From Rebecca billardiae RCC1528 (Eukaryota > Protista > Haptophyta): a stretch of DNA of 64,000 bases. The notes below the pieces were generated by a model that was not told the DNA's origin, ran no database searches, and saw only the letters and a program-made list of their open reading frames with translations. The translations under genes were made by a program, and so were the position numbers. Positions 21,843-33,174 of this stretch are shown piece by piece. The stretch's first letter is position 1; the number at the start of each line of letters is the position of its first letter. The stretch spans positions 5,026,636-5,090,635 of the forward strand of contig OZ251222.1 of NCBI GenBank assembly GCA_965240325.2, given 5' to 3'.

Positions 21843-23603
21843 ATGTCGGCGCGTCGCGGGGCCACCCTCACGGACTCACTCGGCGCCGTCGCGCTGTACC
21901 TCCTGTGCGCCGCGCGGAGGGCGGGCGCCGCCGGGGCGACGGTCGACGTGCGCAGCGTGGCGGAGCTCGTGCAAGCGTTCGCCGACCTCCCCACGCTCGC
22001 GGAGCCCGTCACGATCCGCGTGTCCCCGGGCGTGTACGAGCTGGGCGCGACGCTGCGGGCGAGCGGCGTCAAGAACGTGAGCATCGGCGCGCACCCGCCG
22101 CCGGTGAACCTCACCGCGCAGCCGGGCGTGCGGCTGCTCAGCATCGCCGGCGCGGACGCCTGGCGCGTGCGCGGCCTCACCTTCACCGGCGTGAGCATCG
22201 GCGGCGACCCTCCGCCCGGCGCGCTGCCCGGAGGGTGCGCGCAGATCGTCGACTCGTCCGTCCTCTTCGAGTCGTGCGCGTTCGTGGGGAACGACAACCA
22301 GGGCGACTTTGGCGGCGCGCTCAGCGTCGAGGGCGCCAGCGCTGTCCGCCTCGTCAACGCCTCGTTCGTGGGCAACCACCTCGAGAGCCCGACGTACGAG
22401 CCGCCGCCCGCCTTCCTGCGCGGCGGCGCGGCGATCAACGTGGCCGGCAGCTCGGTGCTCGAGTGCGTCGGCTGCGAGTTCCGCGCGAACAGCGGCAACT
22501 GGTTCGTGTCCGGCGGCGGGATCGCGCTGCGCGACTCGACGCTCGGCGTGCTCGACGGCTGCGCGTTCGAGGCGAACATGGTGGACGGCGCGGGCGCGGG
22601 CGTGCTCGTGACCGACCGCGCGCGCGCGACCATCTCCGGCTGCGCCTTTGCCGCCAACGTGGCCAACGGCGCGGGCGGCGCGCTGCAGCTCTTCCAGGAC
22701 GCGAGCGTCAACGTCACGGACACGGCGTTCGACGCGAACGAGGGCCACCAGGGCGGAGGTGCGATCGCGCTGTGGGACCGCGCCGCGCTCGCGCTGTCGC
22801 GCTGCGGGTTCACGGCCAACGTCGCGCAGGCGCAGGGCACCTCGGTGGGCGGCGCCGTGATGCTCGGCAGCGCGTACGGCGACACGGTCAGCGCGGACAT
22901 CGAGCGGTGCTCGTTCGAGCGCAACGTGGCCGACTGGGGCGGCGCGATGGCGGCCATCGTGGGCAGGCGCTGGGAGGTGTACGGCAACACCTTTGCGGGC
23001 AACCGCGCGTCGCAGTGCGCCGCCATCTTCTCCAACGCCGACATCCCGGGCGTGTGCAAGGGCACGGGCGAGCTCATCCGCGCACCCGACGCGTGCAACG
23101 ACACGGAGGCGTCGGCCGTGTGCGCGAGCCCGCCGTTCCCGCCGCCCTCGCCCCCGCCCGGCCACGGGACGCACAGGCCGACCTGCCCGATGTGCGTCCG
23201 GCACCGCTGCACGCTGTACGGCGGCAACAAGTGCGCGAGCAGGCGGGGGTACACCGACCCGCAGGGCGCGCAGCGCGCGCTGTGCGCGTGCGCGTGCTGC
23301 GGGGAGCAGTGCACGCTCGGCCCGCACTGCGCCGTCGAGGCCGCCGAGCTGCGGGGCGGCGCGCCGCGCAGGGCCACGCCCTCGGCTGCGAGCGGCCGGC
23401 CGCCCGCGCGGCCGCCGCCTGCTGCGGTGGACGCGGCGGCAGCCGCGGTGGCGGTCGGCGTGGTTGCGCTCGCACTGGCAGCAGCGGCGGCCGTCAGGCG
23501 TGGCGGCGGGCAGCACGTGCCCGGCGTGGCTCGTGCCGCGCGCCGCGCGGCCAGAATACGCGGCGGTGAGGGTGGCGGTGATGGTGCTGGCGGCCTGTTC
23601 TGA
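21843..23603 (+). CDS. Secreted or membrane-anchored parallel beta-helix (pectin-lyase fold, Pmp-like GGA/FxxN repeat) protein
   Basis: N-terminal signal-like segment and repeated FxxN and GGA(I/L) motifs (FVGN..FGGAL, FRAN..GGGIAL, FAAN..GGAL, FDAN..GGAIAL, FERN..WGGAM). These are followed by a Pro-rich linker, a Cys-rich domain and a C-terminal TM helix. Confidence 0.8.
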   Translation: MSARRGATLTDSLGAVALYLLCAARRAGAAGATVDVRSVAELVQAFADLPTLAEPVTIRVSPGVYELGATLRASGVKNVSIGAHPPPVNLTAQPGVRLLSIAGADAWRVRGLTFTGVSIGGDPPPGALPGGCAQIVDSSVLFESCAFVGNDNQGDFGGALSVEGASAVRLVNASFVGNHLESPTYEPPPAFLRGGAAINVAGSSVLECVGCEFRANSGNWFVSGGGIALRDSTLGVLDGCAFEANMVDGAGAGVLVTDRARATISGCAFAANVANGAGGALQLFQDASVNVTDTAFDANEGHQGGGAIALWDRAALALSRCGFTANVAQAQGTSVGGAVMLGSAYGDTVSADIERCSFERNVADWGGAMAAIVGRRWEVYGNTFAGNRASQCAAIFSNADIPGVCKGTGELIRAPDACNDTEASAVCASPPFPPPSPPPGHGTHRPTCPMCVRHRCTLYGGNKCASRRGYTDPQGAQRALCACACCGEQCTLGPHCAVEAAELRGGAPRRATPSAASGRPPARPPPAAVDAAAAAVAVGVVALALAAAAAVRRGGGQHVPGVARAARRAARIRGGEGGGDGAGGLF

Positions 23604-23968
23604 TGGCACGCGTGCCATGCGCCGCCCGCCCCCGCACCCCATCTCACACTTTTAGGGTGACGACTACTCGAGTCTCCGACCCGACTAGTCGGCACAGCAC
23701 CGGCGGCCGTCACGGGCTCACGGCGGTCAAGGGCGTTCCCGGGATCCTGCCACACGCTCGTGAAAAGCAAAGCCCCCGCTGCTGGGGGCTTTGCCTTTTC
23801 CCGTATTCAAATGTACCCGCTTCAATAAATGATGAAGGAAGCTCGTTGCAATAGGAAGGTGGTTCAATTTGGCGCAGTATCGGACCAATGCGGGGAACGC
23901 CCCTGTGACGGCGCCGCGCCATCAGAATTCATCGCGTAGTATACGTTCAGGATCGTCGTCATCACAAC

Positions 23969-25096
23969 CAAGGGCGGTAAGGGCTGTCAACTCCCAGTGG
24001 CGGCAGCGCCAGAGGTTGGCTCCCGCTTCGCTGCTGCGCGGCCTCGCTCCAGCGACTAACTCTCGTGGGCGCCCGCCCTGGAGGGCGAGTGGGGCGCGCA
24101 CGGCGCGAGCTCCTGCGGCCGTGTACGCGCGCGCAGAGGCGGCGCGCGCGGCTGGGCAGGTGCTAGGGAGTGCATGTCGCCCTCCCACGCCGCGCGCCTT
24201 GCTCGCCGCCGCTTTCGCCGCGCCTCAGGCCAGCGCGCACGCGTGCGCCGCCTCCAGAGCCAGCCTCGGGCCCGCGGCAGCCGGCCGCGCGCGTGTGGTG
24301 CGCGGTCTGGTCGGCGCGAGTCGGTCGGGGCCATCGGGCGAGGTTCGCATACTATAGACGCGCGCTCTGCCGCCGCGCGCCGCCGCGCACGGCTGTCATG
24401 GGTCGACACGCAAGCATCTTAGGTCTGACACGAACTGCAGCACGAATGCGAAAATGCTCATGTTTGGACGCTCATGGAGACGCTGAAGAGCACAACAGAC
24501 GAGCGCAGGCGATGGAGAGCGGGGCAATGCACTCATTGGACGCCGTACACGCACCCAATGCGGCCGCCTATCACGCGCATGGGCGCTCACTGTCGCGTGT
24601 TCGAGCTCATTTCTGCTTGTCGTGCATTCATCAATCAGCTTCCTTCAACAGCTTCACGGGATGGTACCGGGCCCATGCGCGGTGGCGCGCGGCGGCAGAG
24701 CGCGCGTCTATAGTATGCGAACCTCGCCCGATGGCCCCGACCGACTCGCGCCGACCAGACCGCGCACCACACGCGCGCGGCCGGCTGCCGCGGGCCCGAG
24801 GCTGGCTCTGGAGGCGGCGCACGCGTGCGCGCTGGCCTGAGGCGCGGCGAAAGCGGCGGCGAGCAAGGCGCGCGGCGTGGGAGGGCGACATGCACTCCCT
24901 AGCACCTGCCCAGCCGCGCGCGCCGCCTCTGCGCGCGCGTACACGGCCGCAGGAGCTCGCGCCGTGCGCGCCCCACTCGCCCTCCAGGGCGGGCGCCCAC
25001 GAGAGTTAGTCGCTGGAGCGAGGCCGCGCAGCAGCGAAGCGGGAGCCAACCTCTGGCGCTGCCGCCACTGGGAGTTGACAGCCCTTACCGCCCTTG
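23969..25096. mobile_element. Non-autonomous foldback DNA transposon (1,128 bp; ~420-bp TIRs; 7-bp TSD TCACAAC), P-element-like ends
   Basis: Arms 23969-24389 and 24676-25096 are near-perfect reverse complements. The termini are CAAGGG...CCCTTG, and TCACAAC lies at both 23962-23968 and 25097-25103. Confidence 0.9.
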
Positions 25097-25391
25097 TCAC
25101 AACCATTCCCTGTGGCCTGACTGGGTCGTGGGTGGGTGCACCGTGCACGTGGCGGTCGCGGAGACGTGACGAGCGCCGGCGATGTGACGGTCCGGTCACG
25201 ATTCAGTATGGCTGCCGCATCACTGTAACCGCCCATAACGGTCGCCATCAACCGCGCTCCACATAGATAGCGCAGAGATTTAGAGTGCCGCGAAAATCGC
25301 TTCGCCGACTCGGACGCCGGCTGATGACCGACGGGAGTCGGCCCGACCCCCTCGGCGACCGATTTTCGGCCGCCGCCCACGCGCGGCGCCG

Positions 25392-27079
25392 ATGGCGGCC
25401 GCCGTGAAGCGGACCCACGTGCTGGGCGCGTGCGGCGTGGCGCTCGCGCTCACGATGGTGCTCGCCGCCATCGCAGGGGTCGCGCCCTACGCCGCCAAGA
25501 GCGCGGGCCCCGCCGACAGCCTGCCGACGTCGACCGTGTGGACGACGGCGAAGAAGAACGGCAGCTGGACCATGTATCGGAACGACGCGCCGTTCGTCGT
25601 CAAGGGCGCGTGCTACAGCCCCACGGAGATTGGCGGCGACATCAACTTTGTCGACGCGGACATCGCCACCACGATGTGGGGCGACTACTTCTGGGACACG
25701 ACCAAGACCCCGAACGGGGAGCCGCTGTACAACTGGTACGCGCTCTGGGGCTACGGCGAGCTCAGCCCGCCGTACGTTGCGCGCAACGACCTCAAGACGA
25801 TGGCGGGCCTCGGGGTCAACTCGATCCGGACCTACTTCATGCAGTCGCGCCTCTACAAGAACGACACGAACGACCAGACGCTGCCGTACACCGAGTGCCC
25901 GCTGCGCACGCACACGCAGTTCCTCGACGAGGCGCACCAGAACGGCCTCTCCGTGCTCGTCGGGATCGCGCTGCCGGCGAACCTGATGAAGATGGACCTG
26001 TACATGGAGTGGAAGGCCGCCCGGCCGTCCAACCTCGACTGGTGGGTCAACGTGATCCGCGAGACGGCGGAGCAGGTCGGCTCGCACCCGGCCGTGATGG
26101 GCTTCACGATCATGAACGAGCTGGACGACGAGCCCAACGCCTTCCCGTACGAGAACGTGCCCGTCCCAGCCGGGCAGGGGACGATGCCAAAGGCGCTGCC
26201 AGCCGACGCGAAGACCAACTTTTGGTGCGCGCGCGCGCTGCGCCCGCGAAGCCCTCCACCCAACGCCTTCCCCCCGCTGCTCCAGTGCCATCCGCAGCGC
26301 CCTCACTCGCGCGCCTCCCTGCGCGCAAACGCGCGCAACGGCGCAGGTACGCCCGCGCAATCGAGTACGCCAAGATCGTCAAGAAGGCCGCGCCGATGAA
26401 GCTGGTCGGCTGGGCGATCCACGACGCCCCCGTCTTCGTCGCCTGGTCGTCGAAGACCAAGCCCTTCTCGTCCCCCAACCTGGACCCGCTCCTCAAGCCC
26501 GACGAGGTGTACATGCAGCAGCTGTCGGCCGTGTTCGACTTTTACGGCGTCAACTCGTACCAGACGCAGAGCCTGGTCACCGTGATGGGGGCCGCCGACA
26601 TGGTCGGCGACCAGATGTCGTACGCGGACCCGAGCATCGCGGACATCGTCAAGCCCGTGCTCCTCACCGAGCTTGGCTGGTCCTCGACCGGCCGCGCGGT
26701 GCCGTCCGACCCTTCCTCCGAGCTGATCGACAACGGCAAGACGCAGCAGAACGTGGCGGACGTGATCGCGCGCGTCATGCCGGGCGCGTACACCACGTAC
26801 CGCAGCATCTCCGTCGGCGCGTTCTGGTTCGAGTTCGCCGACGAGTGGTTCAAGCAAGGGCTCCCGACCGTGTGGAACGGCGCGGACCACACGAGCCCTG
26901 GCTTCCCCAACGGCTACTGGGACGAGGAGAGCTTTGGCATCTTTGCGCGCCGGCGCGCCGGCGGCCGTTCGAACAGCTCCAACGACTGGGCTGGCTCGGG
27001 GCCGACGCTGCCGGTGGACCAGCTCTTGCCCCGCATGCCCATCGTGAACGCGCTCAAGGAGATCTTCCGCTCCAACTAG
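25392..27079 (+). CDS. Secreted clan GH-A glycoside hydrolase (TIM barrel, GH2/GH5/GH72-like); join(25392..26224,26347..27079)
   Basis: Signal anchor, then PFVVKGACYSP, DLKTMAGLGVNSIRTY, acid/base motif MNE, nucleophile motif KPVLLTELG, and GAFWFEFADEW..EESFGI. A GT-AG intron at 26225-26346 restores the frame (NFW-YARAIEY). Confidence 0.85.
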
Positions 27080-27280
27080 CTCGGCACCGTTTGCCGCGAC
27101 ACCAGCTGCCGCGACCGCTCACCCGATAACGGTTGACCAGTCACTGAGCTGCCCTGCATGCACCCGGCTGTTAATGTTATACGCCCCGTGGCCCGTCACG
27201 TGCTGCACGCGATGATATGATCATCGATGATGATGACTACGACGACTCGGACCGCGATGATGCTGGCAATATATATATAT

Positions 27281-27315
<35 letters not shown>

Positions 27316-27489
27316 ATATATATATATCTAGATATATATAGATATGATGATACCGATGATGTCGTCGTCGTGCTGACGATGACACGGTCCCCGGGGCCGC
27401 CCGCCGATGCTGTCGATCGCCTACTCGGCCAGTAGCCTGCGCGCGCAGAATGTCCCGGTCGGCGCCCGACTGCGGCGGACGACTACGTG

Positions 27490-28845
27490 CTAGCGCTGCG
27501 CACTGGGCTCCGGCGCCGCCGCGTCGTCGGCCGCCGCGTCGTCGTCGGCCGACGAGGGTGCGCGGCCCGTGTGCCTGCCGCTCCCGCTGCCGTCGCCGCC
27601 CACGAGCGGGGGCAGCCTCGGCGCGCCGGGGCGCGCGCGGCCGCGCAGCGCGGGCGGCATGGTCGCGTCGGTGCCGCCCGCCGCGCTCCACAGGTCGAGC
27701 AGCTCGTTGAGCGACGCGTCCGATCCCGAGTGCGCGCGGCACAGGCCGAGCGCCTCCGCCGGGGGCTCGGCCGAGGGCGATCCGACGGCGCCGCGCTGGG
27801 CGGCGCACGCGTCGACGGTCGCGCGGCGCGCCTGGAGCCGCGCGCGCAGGCCGCGCGCGGGCGGCTCGAGCAGGCCTCTCTCGAGGAGGGCCCTCGGGCC
27901 GACGGCGCCGCCGTGCGACGCGCGGCGCTGCAGGTGCAGCGGGATGCCGCCGAGCGCGGGCGAGGAGCGCTCGTGGATCGCCGAGCTCACCGTCAGCGCG
28001 GAGAGCGCGGACGTGTCCGAGCGCGCGGGCGAGAGCGGCGCGCCGCCGCCCTCCTCCGCCGCGCCCGCTGCGCCCGCGCACCGCGCGCACGGCGCGCACC
28101 GCGCGGCCGCCGCGGCGATGGTGGCGGCGCCGTACAGCACGCACGGCGCGGCGAGCGCGAGCATCGGCGCGGCGAAGCCCCCTCTCGCGTACAGCGCGCC
28201 GCCCACGAGCGGGCCGACCACCAGCCTGGCGCGGCACGCGCGGCGGGCGCGGCGGGCGCGTGAGCGGCGCGGCGCGGGCGCGGGGCCGCGGCGCCGCCGC
28301 CGCGACCGCGCGGCCGCACCCGAGCTGCATGCTGGCGTTGAAGAGCGCGACGACGCCGTCCGTGTCCAGCCCGCCGCCGTCCTCGGCCGCCGCCTCCTTG
28401 AGCGCGGGCAGCGACGGGATGAGCGCGGCCGCCTGGCCGCAGCCGAGCGCGCCGAGCGCGCACATGGCCCACGCCCACACGGCGCGCGCGCCCCCGCCGC
28501 CCGCGCAGCCGCTCAGCGCGAGCGCGCACGCGGCGCCGCCGCTGACGAGCAGCCCGCCGCCCATCGTGAGCGCGTACGGCCGCGCGCACGCGCCGCGCGC
28601 CGCGCAGCCGTCGGCGAGCACGCCCGCCAGCGGCGCGGCGAGCGAGTAGGCGGCGGCGAGCGCGCCGAACGCGAGGCCGATCGCGCCCTGGCCGAGCCCG
28701 AGCGCGCGCAGCCGCACGCCCAGCGTGCCGTTGGTCGCGCCGAAGGCGCACGTGCCGAGGGCGACGCCGACGGCGGCCCACGCGGTGCGCGCGCTCTGCG
28801 CGCACGCGCGCAGCGCGCCGCACCGCCGCCGCGCGCCCCCCGCCT

Positions 28846-28910
<65 letters not shown>

Positions 28911-29611
28911 CGCTTGGCCGCGCGCTCGCACCAGCGCGCGAGCGGCATCATCAGCGCGATGAGCGCGCCGATCGCGGCGAACGGCGCGGTGAACCCCCCG
29001 AGCGCGTACAGCGCCGCGCCCCCCAGCGGCGCCGCGGTGAACGCGAGTCCGATCACGACTTCGTTCACGCCCATCGCAGCGCCCAGCCACGCGCCGCACG
29101 CGTCCGCGACGATGGCGAAGACGGCGAGGTTGGCGAAGGAGGCGCCGACGCCCTGCAGCAGCCGCGCGCCGAGCAGCACGCCCACGCCGCCCGCCCCGCC
29201 GAGCGCGCGCGCCGCGGCGGGCGCCGCCGCGAAGAGCGCGGCGCCGCCGAGCTGCGTGCCCAGCCCGAGCTGCAGCAGCAGGTGGCGGCCGAGCGCGCGC
29301 GCGAGCGACGCCGCGGCGGGCGAGGCGAGCAGCATCGCTGCGGGGAACGCGCTGACCACGAGCGCGTTGAGCAGCTCGGTGGGCCCGAGCCCGGCGCCCG
29401 CCGCCATGGCGTCGAGCTCTGCGGGCAGGAAGGGCAGCAGCACGCCGATCAGCGCGTTGCCGCAGAAGGAGACGCCGCACATCAGCGCGAGCACGGGCAG
29501 CGCACCGGCCCACGCGGCGCGAGGCGGCGCCTCCGCCGCGCACCCGGGCGCGCTGCCCGCCTTCGGCGCGAGGAGCGGCTCCGCCGCGCCGCCGCCGTTG
29601 GCGCGCGGCAT
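27490..29611 (-). CDS. Major facilitator superfamily transporter (SLC18B1/DHA1-like); complement(join(27490..28225,28320..29611))
   Basis: About 12 hydrophobic segments with motifs ASLARALGRH, LLGARLLQGVGAS, APLGGAALY and APLAGVLAD. A GT-AG intron at 28226-28319 joins QLG to LVVGPLVGGALY. Confidence 0.85.
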
Positions 29612-30059
29612 GACGCGACGACTGCCGAGCCGGTCCAGGGCCGTCCGCACAGTGGACCTCGACTTGCTCGTCAGCGGAGTGCAGACTCAGCAGCAGGACT
29701 CATGAGCAGCATCGCGTCGTGGCAGCCCCGCCTAGCTACTCAGATTCTCAGCCCACTACGGCAGTCTCAGTCAAGGCAGCTGCACATGACTTGATATATA
29801 TGCTGATGGCCGGAAGGATTCAGCTAGGCCCGTCTGGCCGCTGGCTTCAGTGTTCTGCTAGCACACCGCCTGTAGTAGTGTATAGTGCGATACGTCACGG
29901 CCGACGTCACGCGGTTGGCCGACCGCACGGTAGATGACTAGATGGCACCAGGGGGCCGCCTGCTCCGATGGCGATGCTGGTGCGCTGACGGCCGCGACCG
30001 TCGTCGAGGCGTTCCATCGCGATATAGACGCGATGGGCGCGTGATCCCCGCCTCGCGGC

Positions 30060-31701
30060 TCAGGGCCCGCCGCACCCCGGCCGCCCGTCGCAGTAGTTGT
30101 GCTGCTGGCAGACGAACGCGGCCTCGTCCTCCACCTGTGCAGCGTGAGTGACAGTGCGCGCAGCGGGCACGCCCGCTCAGAGGCGGCTGCGGGCGCGCGG
30201 CGCGCGGGGCCGCGCGGCGCGCGCGCGCCTGGAAGACGGTGTGGTGGCAGCCGAAGCGCGACGCCGCCGCCTGCGCCGCGTATAGCACGGGCGCGACGTC
30301 GGTGCCCGTGGAGACGACCAGGTGCGCTGTCAGGTTCACCTTGGACGGCGCGATCGCCCAGATGTGCAGGTCGTGCACGCCGAGCACGCCGGGCAGCAGC
30401 TCGAGCGCGGCCTGCGCGCGCGCCGGGTCGATGCCCGGCGGCGCCGCGCACATCAGCACCAGCGTACAGTCCTGCGGCGCGGCGCGGCGGCGCGCGCGCG
30501 TGGTGAGCGCACGCGCGCGCGCGCGCTGGGGCGCGCGTCGCGCCGCGCAGCGCCGCGCCGTGCCGCACGCCACCTTGATCGTGCCGTACGTGCTCATCAT
30601 CACGAGCACCGCGAAGAGCAGCGTGCACACGGGGTCGACGCGGTACCAGTACGACAGGCCCGTCGGGTCGGGCCAGCGGTCGTGCAGGAAGTAGATCAGC
30701 GCGGCGGCGATCACGACGCCGATCGACTGGATCAGGTCGCCGATCACGTGCGCCATCGCCGCGCGCACCGCCACGCGCCCGCCCTCCTCGTCCGCGCACG
30801 CCGCGCCCTTGGCGGCCGCGTGCGCGCCGCCCGCCTCGGCGTCCGCGAGCGCGGCGCCGTGCTCGTGCTCGTGCCCGTGCGCGTGCTCGTGCCCGGCGTC
30901 GTGCGCGCCCTCCCCGTGCCCGTGGGCGTGGGCGTGGGCGTGCTCGCCGCCGTGGCCGTGGCCGCCGTGGCCGTGCTCGCCGCCGCCCGCCGCGTCGGCG
31001 GCGTGCGCGCCGCCGGCGCCGAAGAGGCCGTGGCCGTGCGCGTGCGAGTGGCCGTGCGCGTGCCCCCCGTGCCCGCCGAGCACCTTCATCAGCACGAGGT
31101 TGAGCAGCACGCCGAGCAGCGCGGTGACGCCCATCACGAGCCCGTCCACCTTCTCGGGGCGCACCAGCCGGTTGATCGACTCGTACACGAGGATGCCCGT
31201 CATGAACCACACGGCGAAGATGGAGAAGATGGCGCCGAGCACCTCCGCGCGGTGGTACCCGTACGAGAACTGCGCCGTCTGCGGCCACGCCGTGATGTAC
31301 AGCGAGACGATCGAGACGAAGAAGCCCGCCACGTCCGAGAGCATGTGCGCGGCGTCGGTCAGCACGGCGAGCGAGCCCGCGAGCACGCCGCCGACGATCT
31401 CGACGAGCATGAAGAGGATCGCGAGGGCCATCGCCAGCTTCAGCTTGCGCTCCGACGCGAGGCTGGACGCCGACGGCGCCGCGCGCGCGGGCGCGCCGTC
31501 GGCTGCGGCGCGCGCGCGCGGCGCGCCGTCGCCGTGCTCGGCCTCGCCGCCGTGCGCGTGGCCGTGCTCGTGCTCGTGCTCGTGGCCGTGCTCGTGCGCG
31601 TGCGCGTGGCCCTGCTCGTGCGCGTGCGCGTGCGCGTGGCCCTCGGCCTCCGTCGCCGCCGCCGCGAGCAGCGGCTCCTCGCGCGACGAGCGCGGTGCCA
31701 T
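30060..31701 (-). CDS. Cation diffusion facilitator Zn2+ transporter (ZnT/MTP1-like) with His-rich N-terminus and loop; complement(join(30060..30134,30229..30471,30574..31701))
   Basis: CDF signatures SLAVLTDAAHMLSD, YGYHRAEVLGA, AHVIGDLIQS, VHDLHIW and HTVFQVE. There is a GT-AG intron at 30472-30573 and a GC-AG intron at 30135-30228. Confidence 0.92.
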
Positions 31702-31911
31702 GGCGGCTTGTCGATATCAAGGCTGAGTCTCACGGCCCCGCCTCTTCCGGACGCCACGGCCCCGGGCAGCCCCGCCCAAGCAAGCGGCGTGGCGGCGTCG
31801 CGGCCCGGCCCCCGCGAAAGCGCATGCCGGCGTGAGCGGATCTCTGATCCGCTCGACCAGACTGGGCGCGCGGCGGGGGGAGGCTCCGTGCGCACTGCAG
31901 CAGCGGTGGCC

Positions 31912-33025
31912 CAAGGGGAGTCAGGGTACAGCACGTCCAGTTGGGCTGCAGCTGGAGCTTGGGTACAAAAGCTCCCGCGGCGCAGCGGCACTCGCCGCCG
32001 CCGCCGCCGTCGAGGGGCGGTTGTGGCGCGCACGGCGTGAGCCGCTGCGGGCGCTGAGGTGCGCGCGACGGCGGCGCGCCCGGCGGCGCTGCTGTAGGAG
32101 GCCACTGCCCTCCTCTCTGCCCCGCGCGCTTCGCTCGTCGTCGCCGTCTCCGCGCCTGCGACTCAGCGCGCACGCGAGCGCGGCACCGCCCGGCAGCCGG
32201 GGCAATCTCTGCCATGACTGCGCATGTGCGTCGCGACCTGGTCGGCCCAGCGCGCGAGGCGCGTGCGGGCGAGGTAGGGCCAGTATGGGCGCGCGCCATG
32301 CCGCCTCAAGTAAGCCCATCAGAGCGTACAACAGGGAACTGAGCACGTGTGTCTGGTTGGCCGCTTGGACTGTGTTCAAGCAATGCACGGGCCATCGTCG
32401 AGGCGATCTCGAGGCACTCAGTCAAAACGTCAGTTCAGCGCGCAGACGACCTGGGCGAGAGTCACTGACAATGTATGACTCGCATGATCACAAAAAGCTC
32501 TGCAACTATCGCGTCTGTACGCCTACTGCCTCGATCGTGCACACTGACGTCTGCGCTTGGGTGCCGCATTGTTTGTCAACGTTGTCGACAGAGGTGCAAG
32601 GCCCGCGACATGCCCACCGGCGCAAGGTCGAGGCGGCATGGCGCGCGCCCATACTGGCCCTACCTCGCCCGCACGCGCCTCGCGCGCTGGGCCGACCAGG
32701 TCGCGACGCACATGCGCAGTCATGGCAGAGATTGCCCCGGCTGCCGGGCGGTGCCGCGCTCGCGTGCGCGCTGAGTCGCAGGCGCGGAGACGGCGACGAC
32801 GAGCGAAGCGCGCGGGGCAGAGAGGAGGGCAGTGGCCTCCTACAGCAGCGCCGCCGGGCGCGCCGCCGTCGCGCGCACCTCAGCGCCCGCAGCGGCTCAC
32901 GCCGTGCGCGCCACAACCGCCCCTCGACGGCGGCGGCGGCGGCGAGTGCCGCTGCGCCGCGGGAGCTTTTGTACCCAAGCTCCAGCTGCAGCCCAACTGG
33001 ACGTGCTGTACCCTGGCTCCCCTTG
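31912..33025. mobile_element. Non-autonomous foldback DNA transposon (1,114 bp; ~396-bp TIRs; 7-bp TSD GGTGGCC), P-element-like ends
   Basis: Arms 31912-32307 and 32630-33025 are near-perfect reverse complements. The termini are CAAGGG...CCCTTG, and GGTGGCC lies at both 31905-31911 and 33026-33032. Confidence 0.9.
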
Positions 33026-33174
33026 GGTGGCCCGCCCGGCCTCGCCTCGCTCATCATTCTCACCCGCTGAGGGCGCGCATCCATCGCCCGCCCCCACGCA
33101 CGCCCCGACCGGGCACGCCGAACGCGCGGGCCGTGCCGCAGCAGGCGTGCGGCCGGCGCGGCGGCGCCCGGGAG

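Noticed and set aside
23962-25105. 9-bp TSD (TCACAACCA) implying a Mutator-type element
   Set aside because: It would make the TIRs asymmetric. The sister element at 31912 shows an unambiguous 7-bp TSD with the same CAAGGG end.
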